Of a stretch of 64,000 nt of DNA, positions 59,676 to 64,000 are shown in pieces; position 1 is the first letter of the stretch; every line of letters starts with the position of its first letter. A program made the position numbers and the translations under genes. A model generated the notes under the pieces. The model was not told the DNA's origin, made no database searches, and saw nothing but the letters and a program-made list of their open reading frames with translations. This DNA comes from Alphaproteobacteria bacterium (GTDB lineage: Bacteria; Pseudomonadota; Alphaproteobacteria; SP197): the NCBI GenBank assembly GCA_964291415.2, contig OZ219917.1:160001-224000 (forward strand), written 5' to 3'.

Positions 59676-60348
59676 TCACGGGGGCAAGCCGGGGGATCGG
59701 CCTCGAACTGGCGAGGCAGTACCTCGCCGACGGCTGGCTGGTCCATGCCGGGGCCCGCCGGCCCGATGACGCCCCGGGGCTTTCGGAACTGGCCTCTCCG
59801 CGACTTGTCGTCCACCGGCTCGACGTGACGCGCGGCGAGGATGCGGCCTCCCTTGCCACCTCGCTCGACGGGGCACCGGTCGACCTCCTCGTCAACAACG
59901 CCGGTATCTGGTTCGGTGACGACGAACTCTATGGCCGGTTCAGCGATGAGGCATGGATCGAGCAGTTCCGGGTCCACGTCTTCGGCACCATGACCATGGT
60001 GGCCGCTCTGCAGGACAACGTCGCGGCGAGCGAAGGGCGCACCATCATCAACATCTCGAGCGGCAGCGGCAGCTTTGGCTGGCAGGCCAAGTCGCCCGAC
60101 TACCCCTACAACTCCTCGAAGGCGGCGCTCAACATGCTGGCGCGGGGGCTGGCGGTGGATCTCCGGGCGAAAGGGATCATCGTCGTGAACTTCTCACCGG
60201 GGTTCGTTTCCACCGACATGACGGGCCATGACGCGGATCTCGATCCCGCCACCAGCGTTGCCGGCATGCGCCAGGTCATCGCCGGTCTCGATCAGCTGCC
60301 GCCAGCGGCTCGTTCCTGCGCTACAACGGCGAGGCCATGCCATGGTGA
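59660..60348 (+). CDS. SDR oxidoreductase (CsgA-like); frameshift near the 3' end
   Basis: [28 protein letters not shown]-terminal FLRYNGEAMPW. Confidence 0.88.
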
Positions 60349-60765
60349 AGACGGTCCTCATCACCGGAGCAAGCCGCGGCATCGGCCTCGAGTTCACAGG
60401 TCAGTATGCGACCGCTGGCTGGCAAGTCCACGCCTGCTGCCGCCGTCCGGGCGACGTCTCCTTCGACCATGGCGTCAACGTTCATGCGCTCGATGTCACC
60501 GACCAGGCGTCGATCGACGCCCTCGCCTCATCCCTCGACGGCACGGCCATCGATCTTCTCATCAACAACGCCGCAATCTTCGGCGGCCCTCACCAGGGCG
60601 TCGGTGACACATCCAACGACAATTGGGAGCTTGTAATGCGCACCAACGTCATCGCTCCCTTCAGGGTGACCGACGCGCTGAGGGGGCATCTTGCCCGGGC
60701 GTCCCAGCCCATTGTCGTGCACATCTCGAGTCTCGCCGGATCCATCGCCGACAACCGTTCCGGAT
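60342..60765 (+). pseudogene. Second SDR, truncated just before its YxxxK motif by a junction with the secA 3' end
   Basis: [27 protein letters not shown], then an abrupt switch to antisense secA sequence. Confidence 0.8.
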
Positions 60766-63499
60766 TTTGTCCGGTGTTGGCGGCAATCCTGCCGTGGCAC
60801 TGCTTGAACTTGCGTCCGGAACCGCAGGGGCAGCGTTCGTTGCGCCCTACCCGGCCCCACGTCGCCGGATCGGCGGGGTTGCGGTCGCTCTGCCTGACGC
60901 GGCGCATCGAGGCCGGCATCGGCCGCCAGCTGCTGCGTCCGGATGACGGCATCTCCGAAACACCGCGCGCTTCCTGCATGCGCCGCCGCGCCTCCTCCTG
61001 GCGCTGCGCCTCCATCTCCGCCGACGAGCGGATCTCGACCCTCATCAGGAGCTGGGTGACCGATTCGCGCACGGAATCCAGCAAATCGTCGAACAGGTTG
61101 AAGGCCTCCCGCTGGTACTCCCGCAGCGGATCCCGCTGTGCATAGCTTCTCAGCCCGACTGACTGCCTCAGGTGATCGAGAGCCAGCAGGTGGTCACGCC
61201 ATTTCTGGTCGATGACCTGAAGGAGCAGGCTCTTCTCGGCGATTCTCATCACCTCCGGCGTGAACTCCTCCTCCTTGCGGTTCATGGCCCCGTCGGCGGC
61301 GCCGAGAATGCGGTCGAGCACCTCCTCCTCGGCCATGCCTTCCTCGGCCGCCCAGTCGGTGACCGGAAGATCGAGCCCGAGAATGCGCCGGACGTCGTTC
61401 CCGAGACCCTCGATGTCCCAGTGTTCGGGGTAGGTGTCGGCGGGAATGGCGCGATTCACGCAGTCCTCGACGACTTCCCGGCGCATGTCCGTGATGGTTT
61501 CGGCGACTTCGCTCGCAGCCATCAGGTCGCGGCGCTGCTCGTAGATCACCTTGCGCTGGTCGTTCATGACGTTGTCGAAGCGCAGCAGCGTCTTGCGGAT
61601 CTCGAAGTTGCGCGCCTCGACCTTGCCCTGAGCCCTCTCGATCGCCTTGTTGACCCAGGAATGGGCAATCGCCTCGCCCTCCTCGAGACCGAGCTTCTGG
61701 AGCATGGTATCGAGCTTGTCGGACCCGAAGATGCGCATCAGGTCATCTTCCAGGGACAGCAGGAAGGTTGACGCTCCCGGATCGCCCTGACGACCCGAAC
61801 GGCCGCGCAGCTGGTTGTCGATGCGCCGGCTCTCGTGGCGTTCCGTGCCGACAATGTAGAGTCCGCCGGCCTCGAGGACCCGGTCACGCTCGCCGGCGAC
61901 CTCCGCGCGGATCTCCTCTTCCCGGCGCTGGCGTTCCGCTTCGTCGGCGATGTCGGCGAGTTCCTGGCCGATACGCGCGTCGGCATTGCCGCCAAGCTGG
62001 ATGTCGGTGCCCCTGCCCGCCATGTTCGTGGCGATGGTCACGCCGCCAAATCGTCCGGCCTGGGCGATGATGGCGGCTTCCTGCTCGTGGTAGCGGGCGT
62101 TCAGCACGTGGTGGTCGATCTTTTTCTTCTTCAGCTGGGCCGAGATCAGCTCCGACTTCTCGATCGACACGGTGCCGACGAGAACCGGTTGCCCGCGCTC
62201 GTGGCAGTCCTCGATCAGGCTGATGATCGCATCGTGCTTCTCGGCAACCGTGCGATAGACCTCGTCGTCGCCATCGGCGCGGATCATCGGCCGATGCGTC
62301 GGGATCTCGAGAACCTCGAGTCCGTAGATCTCGGCAAACTCGCCAGCCTCGGTCATCGCCGTGCCGGTCATGCCGGCCAGCTTGTCGTAGAGGCGGAAGT
62401 AGTTCTGGAAGGTGATGGAGGCCAGCGTCTGGTTCTCGGTCTGGATGGGCACCCGCTCCTTGGCCTCGAGGGCCTGGTGCAGGCCATCCGAGTAACGGCG
62501 GCCTTCCATCATGCGCCCGGTGAACTCGTCGATGATGATGACCTTGCCGTCCTTGACGATGTAATCGACGTCCCTGGTGAAGAGCTTGTGGGCGCGCAGC
62601 GCCTGGTTCAGGTGGTGCACGAGCGTGACGTTCTGGACGTCGTAGAGCGAGCCTTCCTCCATCAGGCCGGCGTCCTTCAACAGGGTCTCGACGGCATCGG
62701 AGCCCTCGTCGGTGAACGTCACGGCGCGGCGCTTCTCGTCCTTCTCGAAGGCGTCGTCGGGAAGACGGGGGATCAGCACATCCACCTTGCGGTAGACGTC
62801 CGACGTGTCCTGGGTCGGGCCGGAGATCACCAGGGGCGTCCTCGCCTCGTCCACCAGGATGCTGTCGATCTCGTCGACGATGGCGTAGTTCTGCCCGCGC
62901 TGGACCATGGTCTCCAGGGAGAACTTCATGTTGTCGCGCAGGTAATCGAAGCCGAATTCGTTGTTGGTGCCATAGGTGACGTCGCAGGCGTACTGCTCCT
63001 TGCGATCGGCATCCGACAGGCCCGAGACGATGCACCCCACACTCAGTCCCAGGAAGCGGTAGATCTCGCCCATCCAGTCGGCATCGCGGCGCGCCAGGTA
63101 GTCGTTCACCGTCACCACGTGAACACCCTTGCCATCGAGGGCATTGAGATAGACCGGGAGCGTCGCCACGAGGGTCTTTCCCTCGCCGGTCTTCATCTCG
63201 GCGATCTTGCCGTCGTGAAGCACCATGCCGCCCTGGATCTGGACGTCGAAATGGCGCTGGCCCAGGGTTCTCTTCGCCGCCTCGCGCACGGTCGCGAAGG
63301 CCTCGACGAGAAGATCGTCCCTGCGGGCGCCGTCGGCGAGACGCTGGCGGAACTCCTCGGTGCGGCCGGCGAGTTCGGCGTCGGCGAGCGCCTCCATCTC
63401 CGCTTCGAGCGCGTTGATACGGTCGACGGTCTTGCCGAGCTTCTTGATGATACGCGAATTGGCCGACCCGAAGAGCCGGTTCGCGAAGTTGCCAAGCAT
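60590..63499 (-). CDS. secA: Preprotein translocase SecA (native stop apparently missing; reads through into antisense SDR)
   Basis: [62 protein letters not shown]. Confidence 0.97.
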   Translation of the reverse strand: MLGNFANRLFGSANSRIIKKLGKTVDRINALEAEMEALADAELAGRTEEFRQRLADGARRDDLLVEAFATVREAAKRTLGQRHFDVQIQGGMVLHDGKIAEMKTGEGKTLVATLPVYLNALDGKGVHVVTVNDYLARRDADWMGEIYRFLGLSVGCIVSGLSDADRKEQYACDVTYGTNNEFGFDYLRDNMKFSLETMVQRGQNYAIVDEIDSILVDEARTPLVISGPTQDTSDVYRKVDVLIPRLPDDAFEKDEKRRAVTFTDEGSDAVETLLKDAGLMEEGSLYDVQNVTLVHHLNQALRAHKLFTRDVDYIVKDGKVIIIDEFTGRMMEGRRYSDGLHQALEAKERVPIQTENQTLASITFQNYFRLYDKLAGMTGTAMTEAGEFAEIYGLEVLEIPTHRPMIRADGDDEVYRTVAEKHDAIISLIEDCHERGQPVLVGTVSIEKSELISAQLKKKKIDHHVLNARYHEQEAAIIAQAGRFGGVTIATNMAGRGTDIQLGGNADARIGQELADIADEAERQRREEEIRAEVAGERDRVLEAGGLYIVGTERHESRRIDNQLRGRSGRQGDPGASTFLLSLEDDLMRIFGSDKLDTMLQKLGLEEGEAIAHSWVNKAIERAQGKVEARNFEIRKTLLRFDNVMNDQRKVIYEQRRDLMAASEVAETITDMRREVVEDCVNRAIPADTYPEHWDIEGLGNDVRRILGLDLPVTDWAAEEGMAEEEVLDRILGAADGAMNRKEEEFTPEVMRIAEKSLLLQVIDQKWRDHLLALDHLRQSVGLRSYAQRDPLREYQREAFNLFDDLLDSVRESVTQLLMRVEIRSSAEMEAQRQEEARRRMQEARGVSEMPSSGRSSWRPMPASMRRVRQSDRNPADPATWGRVGRNERCPCGSGRKFKQCHGRIAANTGQNPERLSAMDPARLEMCTTMGWDARARCPLSASVTLKGAMTLVRITSSQLSLDVSPTPW

Positions 63500-63647
63500 G
63501 GGAACCGTCTGCCTTCCGCCCTCAAATCTGGCGTCGTTCTTCTCTGAAACAGATAGGTCCGCGGTCAAAAACTGTCAATGTCGCCGGCATCGGCGCCGCG
63601 ACGCCTGTCGACCTTGTGCCGGTTCGCAAGATGTGGTCTCTGCGCGC

Positions 63648-64000
63648 ATGAACACTCTCTTCCGCACCCTCGCCTTCCTGCTCGTGACCGCGCCCGCGTT
63701 CGCCAGCGACCCGGTCGCCCGGATCAACGGCGACGAGATTTCCAGAGCCGATGTCGATGCCTTCGTGGCAGGTCTTCCGCCCGACGTGGCGGCCACTCCT
63801 CCCGCAGACCTGTGGATGCCGGTGATCGAGAGAATGATCAACGATCGCCTGTTCGTCGAGGAAGCGCGGCGGCTCGGCATCCAGGACACCGCCGGATTTC
63901 TCGCCGAGCGCGCACGTCTCGAAGAGGACCTGCTGCGGCGTTTCTATGCCGAATCGCTCGTCGCCCGGGCCGTCACGCAGGAGACCGTGGGCCAGGCCTA
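63648..64000 (+). CDS. Parvulin-type peptidyl-prolyl isomerase (5' part, runs off the window)
   Basis: Signal peptide + VARINGDEI..VIERMINDRL..EARRLG; divergent from secA, as is typical in Alphaproteobacteria. Confidence 0.75.
   Translation, partial: MNTLFRTLAFLLVTAPAFASDPVARINGDEISRADVDAFVAGLPPDVAATPPADLWMPVIERMINDRLFVEEARRLGIQDTAGFLAERARLEEDLLRRFYAESLVARAVTQETVGQA

Noticed and set aside
1-64000. CRISPR array, tRNA, rRNA or integron integrase
   Set aside because: No regularly spaced direct repeats, cloverleaf, rRNA or tyrosine recombinase motifs seen by eye.

Overview
High-GC bacterial chromosomal window, most likely from an alphaproteobacterium (divergent secA/parvulin pair, Rrf2-sufBCDSU-sufT-sufA, proVW). 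The backbone carries amino-acid, peptide and betaine catabolic genes, a cpATP-grasp/alpha-E/transglutaminase operon, the SUF operon, slt, a fused CydDC-like exporter, msrB and secA. Accessory content: an AbiE type IV TA pair (0.3-2.1 kb); an array of three type II TA systems with decayed duplicate fragments (12.4-15.5 kb); a tandem duplication of a homocysteine S-methyltransferase unit (21.6-25.1 kb); a decayed KilA-N/DUF2158 islet (35-36.5 kb); and an AT-richer, defence-like island of about 10 kb (43.1-52.9 kb). The best candidate for an undescribed system is an intact three-gene operon in that island (45365-47472): a STAS-GHKL kinase without an H-box, a DUF4325-like STAS protein, and a proteasome-beta/HslV-like Thr protease. 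The protease has Thr1, Asp17, Lys32 and Gly128-Ser129-Gly130, plus a C-terminal helical extension. The island also holds a PD-(D/E)xK nuclease-like gene, a wHTH + wHTH-HEPN pair, a GIY-YIG gene and IS110/IS1634 remnants. Many 1-nt frameshifts, often in homopolymers, suggest uncorrected long-read errors, so pseudogene calls are provisional. All family calls come from motif recognition by eye; no database searches were run.
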